A DNA stretch of 64,000 nucleotides. It comes from Mobula hypostoma. Lineage: Eukaryota. Below are positions 1-13,159 of the stretch, piece after piece. The stretch lies in assembly GCF_963921235.1 (NCBI RefSeq), contig NC_086097.1, positions 230,766,001 through 230,830,000 on the forward strand, read 5' to 3'. Position numbers and translations under genes: made by a program. A model generated the notes under the pieces. That model worked only from the letters and a program-made list of their open reading frames with translations, was not told the origin of the DNA and searched no databases. Positions within the stretch are counted from its first letter, which is position 1; each line of letters opens with the position of its first letter.

Positions 1-64
1 GTAATATTGCTTTTATGTTTTATGCATTTGATCTTCAAGGAAACAAAAACTGAGCTGCATTATA

Positions 65-1694
65 ATGTTAGTAGGGAAGTGGTGTTAGGTAAATTGAAGG
101 GATTGAAGGCAGATAAATCCCCAGGGCCAGATGGTCTGCATCCTAGAGTGCTTAAGGAAGTAGCCCAAGAAATAGTGGATGCATTAGTGATAATTTTTCA
201 AAACTTGTTAGATTCTGGACTAGTTCCTGAGGATTGGAGGGTGGCTAATGTAACCCCACTTTTTAAAAAGGAAGGGAGAGAGAAACCGGGGAATTATAGA
301 CCGGTTAGCCTAACGTCGGTGGTGGGGAAACTGCTGGAGTCAGTTATCAAGGATGTGATAACAGCACATTTGGAAAGCGGTGAAATGATCGGACAAAGTC
401 AGCATGGATTTGTGAAAGGAAAATCATGTCTGACGAATCTCATAGAATTTTTTGAGGATGTAACTAGTAGAGTGGATAGGGGAGAACCAGTGGATGTGGT
501 ATATTTGGATTTTCAAAAGGCTTTTGACAAGGTCCCACACAGGAGATTAGTGTGCAAACTTAAAGCACACAGTATTGGGGGTAAGGTATTGGTGTGGGTG
601 GAGAATTGGTTAGCAGACAGGAAGCAAAGAGTGGGAATAAACAGGACCTTTTCAGAATGGCAGGTGGCGACTAGTGGGGTACCGCAAGGCTCAATGCTGG
701 GACCCCAGTTGTTTACAATATATATTAATGACTTGGATGAGGGAATTAAATGCAGCATCTCCAAGTTTGCGGATGACACGAAGCTGGGTGGCAGTGTTAG
801 CACTGAGGAGGATGCTAAGAGGATGCAGAGTGACTTGGATAGGTTGGGTGAGTGGGCAAATTCATGGCAGATGTAATTTAATGTGGATAAATGTGAAGTT
901 ATCCACTTTGGTGGCAAAAATAGGAAAACAGATTATTATCTGAATGGTGGCCGATTAGGAAAAGGGGAGGTGCAACGAGACCTGGGTGTCATTATACACC
1001 AGTCATTGAAAGTGGGCATGCAGGTACAGCAGGTGGTGAAAAAGGCGAATGGTATGCTGGCATTTATAGCGAGAGGATTCGAGTACAGGAGCAGGGAGGT
1101 ACTACTGCAGTTGTACAAGGCCTTGGTGAGACCACACCTGGAGTATTGTGTGCAGTTTTGGTCCCCTAATCTGAGGAAAGACATCTTTGCCATAGAAGGA
1201 GTACAAAGAAAGTTCACCAGATTGATTCCTGGGATGGCAGGACTTTCATATGAAGAAAGACTGGATGAACTGGGCTTGTACTCGTTGGAATTTAGAAGAT
1301 TGAGGGGGATCTGATTGAAACGTATAAGATCCTAAAGGGATTGGACAGGCTAGATGCAGGAAGATTGTTCCCGATGTTGGGGAAGTCCAGAACGAGGGGC
1401 CACAGTTTGAGGATAGAGGGGAAGCCTTTTAGGACCGAGATTAGGAAAAACTTCTTCACACAGAGAGTGGTGAATCTGTGGAATTCTCTGCCACAGGAAA
1501 CTGTTGAGGCCAGTTCATTGGCTATATTTAAGAGGGAGTTAGATATGGCCCTTGTGGCTACGGGGGTCAGGGGGTATGGAGGGAAGGCTGGGGCGGGGTT
1601 CTGAGATGGATGATCAGCCATGATCATAATAAATGGCGGTGCAGGCTCGAAGGGCCGAATGGCCTACTCCTGCACCTATTTTCTATGTTTCTAT
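65..1694 (+). mobile_element. CR1-clade LINE, 5'-truncated (RT to 3' tail), young, inactivated
   Basis: RT motifs PGNYRPVSLTS, QHGF, YLDFQKAFDKV, GVPQGS, KFADD; premature TAA at 874-876 (CAA in sister copies); 1-nt frameshift near 1305; ends in ttctatgtttctat. Confidence 0.93.
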
Positions 1695-1959
1695 AACGTG
1701 TAAAGGAAATATGAACTGCTTTTCATTCTGGTTAACCCTGAATTGGCTGCTGGACATACTTCAGACCAGAATGGAGAAGGAAGATAGTTTAATTATCCCA
1801 AGAGAATACTCATTTTGGAGCAGACTATTGAATTAATGGAATCTATGTCATTCAAAATATTTGATGCTGCTTCAACCCTTACCCCTGGGCAGAGTTTTCC
1901 ATGCACCTAACTTGGAAACTGGGTTGAAAATATGTTGGATGCATAATGAGTTATTTTCT

Positions 1960-3302
1960 TTCTTTCTTTTTAAATCTTTTTATTGAATAAGTATACAAAA
2001 AGGTAAGCCATATAGACACTAATACACTGTTAGAATATAATAAAATTACAGAAGATATTAATGCAAAAAAATACTACAATGTAATTTAAACATAACATAC
2101 CAAGGTAACATAATAGTATACTAATTTTATATATATATCAATAGAGAAAAGGAAACCACCCCCCCAAAAAAAAACCCAACGTGCAACTAACTAAAAGCAA
2201 AGCAAAGCAATGGGCTAACTTGAAACCAAACAGAGTTAAACTTAAAATCACGTCCTCAATCCCGACCTCCATTAAAAACAGTAAAAAAAACAAGAAGGGT
2301 ATATATTACATTAAATGAAAATATTGAATAAAAGATCTCCAAGTCTGTTCAAATTTAAATGAGGAGTCATAAAGATTGCTTCTAATTTTCTCCAGATTCA
2401 AGCATAATATCGTCTGAGAAAACCAAAAAAAGGTAGTTGGAGCATTAAGCTCTTTCCAATGTTGTAAGATACATCTTTTCGCCATTAAAGTAAGAAATGC
2501 AATCATTCTATGGGCTGAAGGGGAAAGATTACTGGAAATTTTAGGTAGTCCAAAGATAGCAGTAATAGGGTGAGGAGAGATATCTATATTCAATACCTTG
2601 GAGATAATATTAAAAATGTTTCTCCAAAAAGTTTCCAAAGTAGGGCAAGACCAAAACATATGAGTTAAAGAGGCTATCTGCCCCGGACATCTATCACAAA
2701 AAGGATTAATATGAGAATAAAAGCGCGCTAACTTATCTTTGGACATATGAGCTCTATGAACAACTTTAAATTGAATTTGGGAATGTTTAGCACAGATAGA
2801 GGAAGTATTGACTAATTGTAAAATCTGCCCCCAGTCATCCATGGAAATGATAAACCCCAATTCCTGTTCCCAATCTACCCTAATCTTATCAAATGGAGCT
2901 TTCCTAAGTTTCATAATAATATTATAAATCATAGCCGATGCACCTTTCTGACATGGATTACGGTTGATTATAGTATCTAAAATGTATGTAGGAGGAAGCA
3001 TTGGAAAGGAAGAAAGTATAGTACTTAGGAAATTTCTAACTTGTAGATATCTAAAAAAATGTATTCTTGATGTTATATTTATTAGATAATTGTTCAAAAG
3101 ACATAAGGGAACCATCTAAAAATAAATCCAAAAACCGTGAAATACCCTTAGTCTTCCAAATTTGAAAAGCACGATCCGTAAAAGAGGGAGGAAAAAATAT
3201 GTTACCTGAAATAGGAATCGCTAACCCAAATTGATTAAGACCAAAAAATTTTCTGAATTGAAACCAAATACGTAAGGTATATTTAACTATCGGGTTAGAC
3301 AC
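1960..3302 (-). mobile_element. L1-clade LINE 3' fragment (ORF2 C-terminus) with 12-bp TSD
   Basis: ORFs 3051-3302 and 2306-3115 with CDRC...HMFWSC zinc-finger-like motif; AATAAA plus A-rich/(GAAA)n tail; GAGTTATTTTCT at 1948-1959 and 3303-3314. Confidence 0.85.
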
Positions 3303-3419
3303 GAGTTATTTTCTATAATAGGCTTTCCCTGTGTCATTTGGAACCCACAGATGTTTGTTTATGATAGCACTGCAAGTGGGTAGTGGAGAAACAAACAGAT
3401 ACAATCCACCTTCATCTTC

Positions 3420-3727
3420 CGTTTCGTCCATGGTCTATCCTCTCCTATTAGCTTCCCCCTTCTCTAGCCCTTTATCTCTTCCACCGATCAGCCTCTGAGC
3501 TCCTTACCTCACCCCACCCCTCCCCCTCTTCTAACTGCACCTATACCCTGGTACTTCTTCCTCCCCTCCCCCCCCTCCTCATTCTGACTTCTTCCCCCTT
3601 CCTTTCTCGGCCTGAAACGTCGACTGTTTATTCCCATCCGCAGCTGCAGCCTAACCTGCTGAGCGAGCTCCTCCAGCCCAGTGTGTGTATTGCTCTAGAT
3701 TTCCAGCGTCTGCAGCATCTCGTGTGT
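3420..3727 (+). mobile_element. Penelope-like element 3' terminal fragment
   Basis: Pyrimidine-rich tract, then GAAACGTCGACTG and the ...cctgctgag..ctccagc...gatttccagc.tctgcag terminus shared with the PLE copies at 13160 and 42500. Confidence 0.65.
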
Positions 3728-5508
3728 CTACAAACACTATATTCATCTAGTAACATTTTCTTCAATTACCTTGCTTACCTGATTTTGTTTATTTACTGTT
3801 TCAATGTTGCAGTATTTACAGATATCATTCCATTTGATGACTTGATCACTTTTCGTGTTACCAGCAGAGCTGATGCCTCAAACTCCAGTCCTGATCAAAG
3901 GGTTTAATCGTGATCAAAGTTACGGTCTGGCAGCCTGTTTATATTCTTCCCATGGCCACAACTTGCAGTGCCTATAAAAAGCAATCACCCCGTGCGCCCC
4001 CCGCCCCAGAAGTTTTCATATTTTATTGTTTTACACCATTGAATCACAATGGATTTAATTTGGCTTTTTTGACACGGATCACCAGGGAAAGACTCCTTCA
4101 TGTCAAAATGAAAACAAGTCTCTACAAAGTTATCTAGATTTACAAATATGAAACAAAATAATTGATTGAATAAGTGTTCACACCCCATTTAATATGACAC
4201 ACCAAATCATCACTGGTGCAGCGAACTGGTTTTAGAAGTCACATAATTAATTAAATGGAGATCTGTTTTTGGAGACCTCTGTGTAGTCAAGGTGCTTCAA
4301 TTGATTGTAGTAACAAGACACCTGTACTGGAAGGTCCAACTGCTGGTGAGTCAGTATCTTGGCAAAAACTACAATACGAAGACAAAAGGACACACCAAGC
4401 TGCTCTGCAAAAAGGTTTGTGAAAAGCACAAGGCAAGAGATGGATACAAGAAAATTTCCAAGTCACTGACTATCCCTTGGACTACAGTTAAGTCAATCAT
4501 CAAGATATGGAAAGAATATAGCACAACTGTAAGTCTGCCTAGAGCAGGCTATCCTCAAAAACTGAGTGACCATCTAAGAAGGGGGTTAGTAAGGGAGGCC
4601 TTCAAGAGACCTATGACAATGCTGGAGGAGTTACAAGCTTCAGTGACTGAGATGGGAGAGACTGCGCATACAACAACTGTGCCAGGTGCTTCACAAGTTG
4701 CAGAGTGGGAGAGTGGCAAAGAGAAAGCCACTGTTGGAAGAAAAGAAACTCATGAAATCTTGGCTAGAGTTTGCCAGAAGGCATGTGGGAGACTCTGAAG
4801 TCAGCTGGGAGAAGAGTATATGGTCTGATGAACCAAATTTGAGCTTTTTGGCCATCAGACTAAAAACTATGTTTTGCTTAAGCTATGTTTGGCACATCAT
4901 CAAAAACACACTATCCCTCCCGTGAAGCATGTGGTGGCTGCATCATGCTGTGGGGATGCTTCGCTGCAGCAGGCCTTGGAAGGCTTGTGAAGGTAGAGGG
5001 TAAAATGAATGCAGCAAAATACGGGGAAATCCTGGAAGAAAAGCAGCTGCAGTTTGCAAGAGAACTGCGACTTGGAAGAAGATTTGTTTTCCAGCAAGAC
5101 CATGACCCCAAGCACAAAACAAAACTACAGAAGAAAGGCTTGAAAACAACAAAGTTAATGTCCTGGAGTGGCCAAGTCAGAGTTCAGACCTCAATCCAAC
5201 TGAGTATTTGTGGCTAGAGTTGAAAAGGACTGTTTACTCTTGATCCGCATACAATCTGATAGAGCTTGAGCAATTTTGTAAAGCAGAATGGGGAAAAATT
5301 GCAGTGTCCCAATGTGGAAAGCTGATAGAGACATATCCACACAGACTCAAGCCTGTAATTGCTGCCAAAGATGCACCTACTAAATACTGATATGAAGGGG
5401 GTAAATACTTATGTAATCAATTATTTTGTTTTATATTTGTGATTAGCTGGCTGGTGGTGTAGTGGCAGCAGTGCCGGACTTCGGAGCAAAGGCTCCCGAG
5501 TTTGGATT

Positions 5509-8500
5509 CATATAAACATATAACAATTACAGCATGGAAACAGGCCATCTCGGCCCTTCTAGTCCATGCCGAACTCTTACTCTCTCCTAGTCCCACCGAC
5601 CTGCACTCAGCCCATAACCCTCCATTCCTTTCCTGTCCATATATCTATCCAATTTAACTTTAAACGACAACATCGAACCTGCCTCAACCACTTCTGCTGG
5701 AAGCTTGTTCCACACAGCCACCACTCTCTGAATAAAGAAGTTCCCCCTCATGTTACCCCTAAAGTTTTGCCCTTTAACTCTTAACTCATGTCCTCTTGTT
5801 TGAATCTCCCCCACTATCAATGGAAAAAGCCTATCCACGTCAACTCTATCAATCCCCCTCATAATTTTAAATACCTCTATCAAGTCCCCCCTCAACCTCC
5901 TACGCTCCAAAGAATAAAGACCTAACCTGTTCAACCTTCCTCTGTAACTTAGGAGATGAAACCCAGGCAACATTTTTGTAAACCTCCTCTGTACTCTCAC
6001 AATTTTCTTGACATCTTTCCTATAATTCGGTGACCAGAACTGTACACAATACTCCAAATTTGGCCTTACCAATGCTTCATACAATTTCAACATTACATCC
6101 TAACTCCTATACTCAATGCACTGATTTATAAAGGCCAGCATACCAAAAGCTTTCTTCACCACCCTATCCACATGAGATTCCACCTTCAGGGAACTATGCA
6201 CCACTATTCCTAGATCCCCCTGTTCTACAGCATTCTTCAATGCCCTACCATTTACCATGTATGTCCTATTTTGATTAGTCCTACCAAAATGTAGCACCTC
6301 ACATTTTTCTGCATTAAACTCCACTCCATCTGCCATCTTTCAGCCCACTCTTTTAACTGGCCTTAATCTCTCTGCAAGCTTTGAAAACCTATTTCATTAT
6401 CCACAACTCCACCTATCTTAGTATCATCTGCATACTTACTAATCCAATTTACCACCCCATCATCCAGATCATTAATATATATGACAAACAACATTGGACC
6501 CAGTACAGATCCCTGAGGCACACCACTACACATCGTCCTCCAATCTGACACACAGTTATCCACCACTACTCTCTGGCGTCTCCTATCCAGCCACTGCTTA
6601 ATCCATTTTACTACCTCGATATTAAGACCTAACGATTGAACCTTCCTAACTAACCTTCCATGTGGAACCTTGTCAAAGGCCTTACTGAAGTCCATATAGA
6701 CAACATCCACCACTTTACCTTCGTCAACTTTCTTAGTACCCTCATCAAAAAATTCAATAAGATTTGTCAAACATGACCTTCCACGCACAAATCCATGTTG
6801 ACTGTTCCTAATCAGACCCTGTCTATCCAGATAATTATATATGCCATCTCTAAGAATACTTCCCATCAATTTACCCACCACTGACGTCAAACTCACAGGC
6901 TGATAATTGCTAGATTTATTCTTAGAACCTTTTTTAAACAATGGAACAACATGAGCAATATGCCAATCCTCCGGCACCATCCCCATTTCTAATGACATTT
7001 GAAATATTTCTGTTAGAGCCCCTGCTATTTCCACACTAACTTCCCTCAAGGTCCTAGGGAATATCTTGTCTGGACCCAGAGACTTATCCACTTTTATATT
7101 CCTTAAAAGCGCCAGTACTTCCTCGTCTTTAATCGTCATACTTTCCATAACAACCCTTCTTGTTTCCTTTACTTTACACAATTCAACATCCTTCTCCTTA
7201 GTGAATACTGAAGAAAAGAAATTGTTCAAAATCTCCCCCATCTCTTTTGGCTCCGCACATAGCCATCCTATCTGATTCTCTAAGGGACCAATTTTATCCC
7301 TCACTATCATTTTGCTATTAATATAACTGTAGAAACCCTTTAGATTTATTTTCACCTTAGTTGCCAAAGCAGCCTCGTATCATCTTTTAGCTTTTCTAAT
7401 TTCTTTCTTAAGATTCTTTTTACATTCTTTATATTCCTTGAGCACCTCATTAACTCCAAGCTGTCTATATTTATTGAAGATCCCTCTCTTTTTCCGAACC
7501 AAGTTTCCAATATCCCTTGAAAACCATGGCTCTCTCAAACTTTTAACCTTCCCTTTCAACCTAACAGGAACATAAAGATCCTGTACCCTCAAAATTTCAC
7601 CTTTAAATGACCTCCATTTCTCTATTACATCCTTCCCATAAAACAAATTGTCCCAATCCACTCCTTCTAAACCCTTTCGCATCTCCTCAAAGTTAGCCTT
7701 TCTCCCATAAAAAATCTCAACCCTAGGTCCAGTCCTATCCTTCTCCATAATTATATTGAAACTAATGGTATTGTGATCACTGGACCCGAAGTGCTCCCCA
7801 ACACATACCTCCATCACCTGCCCTATCTCATTCCCTAACAGGAGATCCAACACTGCCCCCTCTCTAGTTGGTACCTCTATGTATTGCTGCAAAAAACTAT
7901 CTTGCACACATTTGACAAACTCCAAACCAACCAGCCATTTTACAGAATGGGCTTCCCAGTCTATGTGTGGAAAATTAAAATCTCCCACAATCACAACCTT
8001 GTGCTTACTACAAATATCTGCTATCTCCTTACAAATTTGCTCCTCCAGTTCTCAATCCCCATTAGGTGGTCTATAATACACCCCTGTAAGCATCACAACA
8101 CCTTTCCTATTCCTCAATTCCACCCAAATAGTTTCCCTAAACAAATCCACTAATCTCTCCTGCCAAAGCACCGCTGTAATATTTTCTCTGACAAGCAATG
8201 CAACACCTCTCCCTCTTGCCCCTCCTATTCTATCACACCTGAAGCAACGAAATCCAGGAATATTTAGTTGCCAATCACACCCCTCCTGCAACCACATTTC
8301 ACTAATAGCTACAACATCATATTTCCAGGTATCAATCCCCGCTCTAAGCTCATCCACCTTTCTCTTACAATGCTCCTAACATTAAAATAGATGCATTTAA
8401 GAAACTCTCCACCTCCTACTCTCTGTTTATCCTTAATGGAGCAAACAACTTTGTTATCTTTTTCTTCCTTGTCTCCTACATCTTCGGTCTGAGTGCTCCT

Positions 8501-10017
8501 GATCTCTGTCCCCGCCTATCCTCCCTCACACACTGTCTACTAGCTTTCTCTATTTGTGAACTAACCTCCTCTCTCCTAGTCTCTTCAATTTGATTCCCAC
8601 CCCTCAACCATTCTCGTTTAAAGTCACCTCAGTAGCCCTCGCAAATCTCCCCACCAGGATATTGGTCCCCCTAGAATTCAAGTGCAACCCGTCCTTTTTG
8701 TACAGGTCACGCCTGCGCCAGAAGAGGTCCCAATGATCCAAAAACTTGAATCCCTGCCCCCGCTCCAATCCCTCAACCACGCATTTATCCTCCACCTCAT
8801 TGCATTCCTACTCTCACTGTTGTGTGGCACAGGCAGTAATCCCGAGATTACTACCTTTGCGGTCCTTTTTCTCAACTCCCTTCCTAACTCCCTATATTCT
8901 TCTTTCAGGACCTCTCCCCTGTTCCTACCTATGTCATTGGTACCTATATGTACCACGACCTCTGGCTCCTCTCCCTCTCACTTCAGGATCTCTTGGACGC
9001 GATCAGAAACATCTCAGACCCTGGCACCAGGGAGGCAAACTACCATCCGGGTCTCCAGACTGCGTCCACAGAATCACCTGTCTGACCCCCTAACTATCGA
9101 GTCCTCTATTACTACTGCTCTCCTCCTCCTCCTTTCCCTACCCTTCTGAGCTACAGGGCCGGACTCTGTGCTGGAGGCATGGCCACTGTTGCTTCCCCCA
9201 GGTAAGCTGTCGCCCCCAACAGTACTCAAACAGGAGTACCTGTTTTCAAGGGGTACAGCCACTGGGGTACTCTCTATTACCTGACTCTTCCAATTCCCCC
9301 TCCTAACCGTGACCCACTCATCTGCCTCCCGTGGCCCCGGTGTGACCACCTGCCTGTAACTCCTCTCTATCAACTCCTCACTCTCCCTGACTAGACGAAG
9401 TCATCGAGCTGAAGCTCCAGTTCCCTAACGCCATCTCTTAGGAGCTGCATCTCGGCGCGGATGTGGACGTCCAGGAGGCTTGGAGACTCCAGGACCTCCC
9501 ACATCCGGCACCGAGAACAACAAGCTGCCCTCACACTCATACTTCCCCTCTCCTCAAATAACAGGAAAAAATAAATACCAAACCTTCTTCGCCTCACCCA
9601 TTTCCGCCTAAGCCCGTTGAGCGAAAGCCCTTAAGCCTTCACTCTGCTCCCTGCTCACTCCGCAGACCACAAATGACGCTGCCTGCTATATAAGGCTCTG
9701 TTCCATTTAAATCTTCCGCGCTTCACTGCCCGACGTCACATGCCTGCGCAGTCCTGCCTCTCTGAACGCCGATGGGGAAAAAAAATGAAAAATTCAAAAT
9801 GGCTTCCTCCGCACTCCCGCTCCGATTCTTAGACTTCCTTCTCTGAATTAAACCCAAATCAAGATTTCTGTCCTTTTAAATCTTCTGTGCTTCACTCCCC
9901 GACAACACACGCCTGTGCAGTCCCGCCTCTCTGAACGCCGATGGAAAAAAAAATCCGAAAAATTCAAAATGGCTTCCTCCGCACTCCTGCTCCAATTCTC
10001 AGACTTCCTCCTCCAAA
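5509..10017 (-). mobile_element. Near full-length CR1 LINE (5' UTR, ORF1 esterase, ORF2 APE+RT), disrupted
   Basis: ORF1 remnants ~9540-8604 (CSRC, VIEDSIVRG, VHIGTND, DGLHLN); ORF2 remnants ~8400-5587 (VYYRPP, GDFNFP, SDHN, KYADD); several stops and frameshifts. Confidence 0.92.
9697..10013 (-). repeat. Two ~170-bp tandem monomers in the CR1 5' UTR
   Basis: Direct repeat 9697-9843 and 9868-10013, offset 169-170 nt. Confidence 0.85.
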
Positions 10018-10410
10018 TAGTCTTGCACCCTTGCACGCTTTCCATCTGTGCTGGGTTGAGTGTCAAGCTAGCAACTCGGCCTCGTAAAAATAAGAAAGCC
10101 TGCTAAAACAACGCCGTCACGACGGTGTCCCGATGACTCTACTCGGAGTTAAGGGCTTTCTTCTTCTCCTTCTTCTACTATATTTGTAATTAAATTAGAT
10201 CACTTTGTAGAGATCTGTTTTCTCTTTGACATGAAAAGGTGTTTTATTGTTTATCAGTGTCAAAAAAGCCAAATTAATTCCACTGTGATTAAATGCTGTA
10301 AAACAATAAAACATGAAAACTTCAATAGGGTGGGAGGTGAATACTTTATAAGAAAATTAGCACTGTACTCCAATTTCCTCCCACATCCCAAAAATGTACT
10401 ATGATTAATT

Positions 10411-10638
10411 CACACAAAATGCTGGTGGAACGCAGCAGGCCAGGCAGCATCTATAGGAAGAGTTACAGTCGATGTTTTGGGCCGAGACCCTTCATCAGGA
10501 CAGACAAGGATCTTGGCCCGTAATGTCAACTGTACCTCTTCCTACAGATGCTACCTGGCCTGCTGCGTTCCACCAGCATTTCGTGTGTGTGTGTGTGTTG
10601 CTTGAATTTCCAGCATCTGCAGATTTCCTCGTGTGACG
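10411..10638. mobile_element. 228-bp fold-back PLE-terminus element with 10-bp TSD
   Basis: Arms 10411-10500 and 10501-10588 are inverted repeats; ATGATTAATT at 10401-10410 and 10639-10648; sits inside a V-SINE-like remnant. Confidence 0.8.
10466..10501 (-). ncRNA. Minimal hammerhead ribozyme motif, decayed at CpGs
   Basis: Minus strand GTC-CTGATGA-A-GGGTC-TC-GGCCC-AAAA-CATC-GACTG; G12 and the G of GUC changed to A. Confidence 0.55.
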
Positions 10639-10734
10639 ATGATTAATTGGTTACTTGGGCTCTTTAATTTGCTTGTAGTGCACCAATAAGTGGTAGAATC
10701 CCATTGGGATGGTGGTGAGGAGAAGAAAATTGAT

Positions 10735-11310
10735 TGAAAACATACAATGCAGTACAGGCCCCTTCAGCCATGACACTCTAACAATTATTTAACCTACTCC
10801 AAGATCAATCTGATTGTTATGTCCCACATAGCCCTCCATTTATCTTCCATCCATGTGTCTATCTAAGAATTTATTAAATGTCCATGACTTATCTGCTTCT
10901 ACCACGACACCTTGCAGTGTTTTCCATGCACCTAACATTCAGCGTGTAAAACTTCACTTCTGACATCCCTCCCATCCCGTACTTTCTTCCAAATGCCTTA
11001 AAAAATTATACCCCATCATATCAGCCATTTATACCCTAAGGAAAAGTCTCTGCCTGTCCCCCACTTGATCAATGTTCTAATCATCTTGTACATCTCTGTC
11101 AAATCACCTCGCATCCTTCTTTGCTCCAAAGAGAAAACTCTAGTTCACCCAAACTGTCCTCATTAGCCACGCTCTCCATTCCAAGCAGGATCTTGGTAAA
11201 TCACCTCTGCACCCGCTCTGAGGCTTATACATCCTTCTTATAATGAGAAAATAAATGAATATAATGCTCCAAATATTACCTAACCAGAGATTTATAAAAC
11301 TCCAACATTT
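10735..11310 (-). mobile_element. Old CR1 3' fragment
   Basis: Degenerate similarity to the CR1 3' ends at 28642-29287 and 38200-38715. Confidence 0.6.
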
Positions 11311-13159
11311 CCAGGGTAAGATTAGGGTAGGATTGGCATCACTAATTGTAAAGTTAAGGAAACTTGAATGTGCTTCAGTGTGTAATATTCCTGACTGTCA
11401 CAATTGATAATCAAAGCATATTATGTGTACCTTGCTGGGATCTGGCATTTTGAAAAGTGGGATCTTACAAGAGTAGCAACATTAGATCATATTACATTAG
11501 AAATTTAAGCAAATTTGGTAGGGGAATGGGAAATGGAGTGATGGGGCTGAGAATGGGGCAGTTGGTATGTAAATAAATGCAATTTGTAGTCAGAATATAA
11601 GGAAAGACAGGCAGATATGAGAGGACACTATTGCAGTTAGTGTGATGAGTTGCAGCGTAACATGGCAAAATTGAAAAGGGTGGTGAATATAGGACTGAAG
11701 GTGTGTTATTTCAATGTATATAGTATACAGAATTAGATGACCTTGTAGCACAGTTAGAGATTGGCAGGTATGACTTTGTGGGCATCACTGAGTCGCATCT
11801 GAAATAAAATTATAGTTGGGGACTCAACAATCAAGGATACACATTGTGTTAAAAAAGGACGGGCAGGCAAGGCAAGCAAGTAGAGAGGGTGGTGTGGCTC
11901 TGTTGGTAAAAAAAAATGAAATCAAATCCACAGAGGTGACAAAGGATTGGAAGATGTAGAATCATGGGTAGGGTTAAGGAACTGCAAGTGTGAAAAGACA
12001 CTGATGAGTTATATATAGGCCTTTGAATAGTAATCAGGATGTGAGGTACAAATTACAATGGGAGATAGAAAAGGCATGTATGTATGATATTCACAGAGGA
12101 TTTCAATATGCAGGTAGATTAGGTTTTTGCTGGATGCCAAGAAAGGAATTTGCAGAATTCCTGTGAGATGGCTTTTTGGAGCAGCTTGTGGTTCAACCCA
12201 CTAGGGGAAAGATAATTTTGGATTGGGTGTTGTGTAATGAACCAGATTTGATTAAGGAGCTTAAGATATAGGAACCCTTAGGAGAGAGTGATCGTAATAT
12301 GACAGAATTTATCCTACAATTTGAAAGGGAGAAGTATTATCAGATGTATTAGTATTAGTGAAATAAAGGAAGTTGGAAGCATGAGAGAGGATATGGCCAA
12401 AGTTGATTGGAAGGGGACGTTAGCGGGCATGACAACATGACAATATCTTGAGTTTCTGGGGGCAATTTGGGAGGCACAGGATAGCTACATCCCAAAGAAT
12501 TAGTAGGTTTCTAAAGAGTGGAGGAAGGAACTGTGACTAACAAAGGAAATCAAATATAGCATAAATCAAAAGGGGCATATAAAGTAACAAAAAAAGTAGT
12601 GGGGAAGATAGAGGGTTAGGAAGCTTTTGAAAAACCAACAGAAGGCAACTAAAAAGCAATGAAAGAAAAGATGAAATATGAAGGTAAGCTAGCCAATATG
12701 ATAAGAGGATATGAAGTTTTTTGAGATATATAAAGTATAAAACGCAGACAAGAGTGGATATTGGACCACTGGAAAATGATGCCAGAGAGGTGGTAATAGA
12801 GGTCAAAGCAATGGCAGATGAACTTGGCAAGTATCTTGCATGTCTTCACTGTGGAAGACACCAACAGTGTACCAGAAATTTGAATCTCAGGGGGTAGAAG
12901 TGAGTGTTGTTGCTATTACTAAGGAGAGGATGCTTGGGAAACCTGGACCACATGGACTACACTCCAGGGTTCTGAAAGAGATAGCTGGAGAGATTATGGA
13001 GGCATTAGTAGTGATCTTTCGAGAATCACTAGTCAGTGTATGTAGTTTACTTGGATTTTCACAAGGCTTCTGACAAGGTGCCACACATGAGGCTGCTAAA
13101 CAAGATAAGGGCCTATGCTATTACGGGAAACATACTAACATGGATAGAAAATTAGCTCA

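Larger units (their letters stand above)
5446..10178 (+). mobile_element. tRNA-derived SINE (head 5446-5508, body/tail ~10020-10178) interrupted by a CR1
   Basis: A box TGGTGTAGTGG and B-box-like GAGTTTGGATTC; (TTC)n tail; 14-bp TSD TATATTTGT[G/A]ATTA at 5432-5445 and 10179-10192. Confidence 0.7.
3966..10365 (+). mobile_element. Tc1-family DNA transposon (decayed); right TIR split by a SINE+CR1 insertion (5446-10178)
   Basis: CAGTG...CACTG termini (TA on the right); ~220-bp TIRs; transposase remnants at ~4375-5390 (GYKKISK, IWSDE, IMLWGCF, FQQDHDPKH). Confidence 0.85.

Noticed and set aside
513..1627. Recurrent minus-strand ORFs such as MPPKWITSHLS, MNFLCTPSMA and MIMADHP
   Set aside because: Antisense shadows of CR1 ORF2, repeated wherever the element occurs
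5446..5508. tRNA gene
   Set aside because: A and B boxes only, no complete cloverleaf; it continues into a SINE body with a TSD
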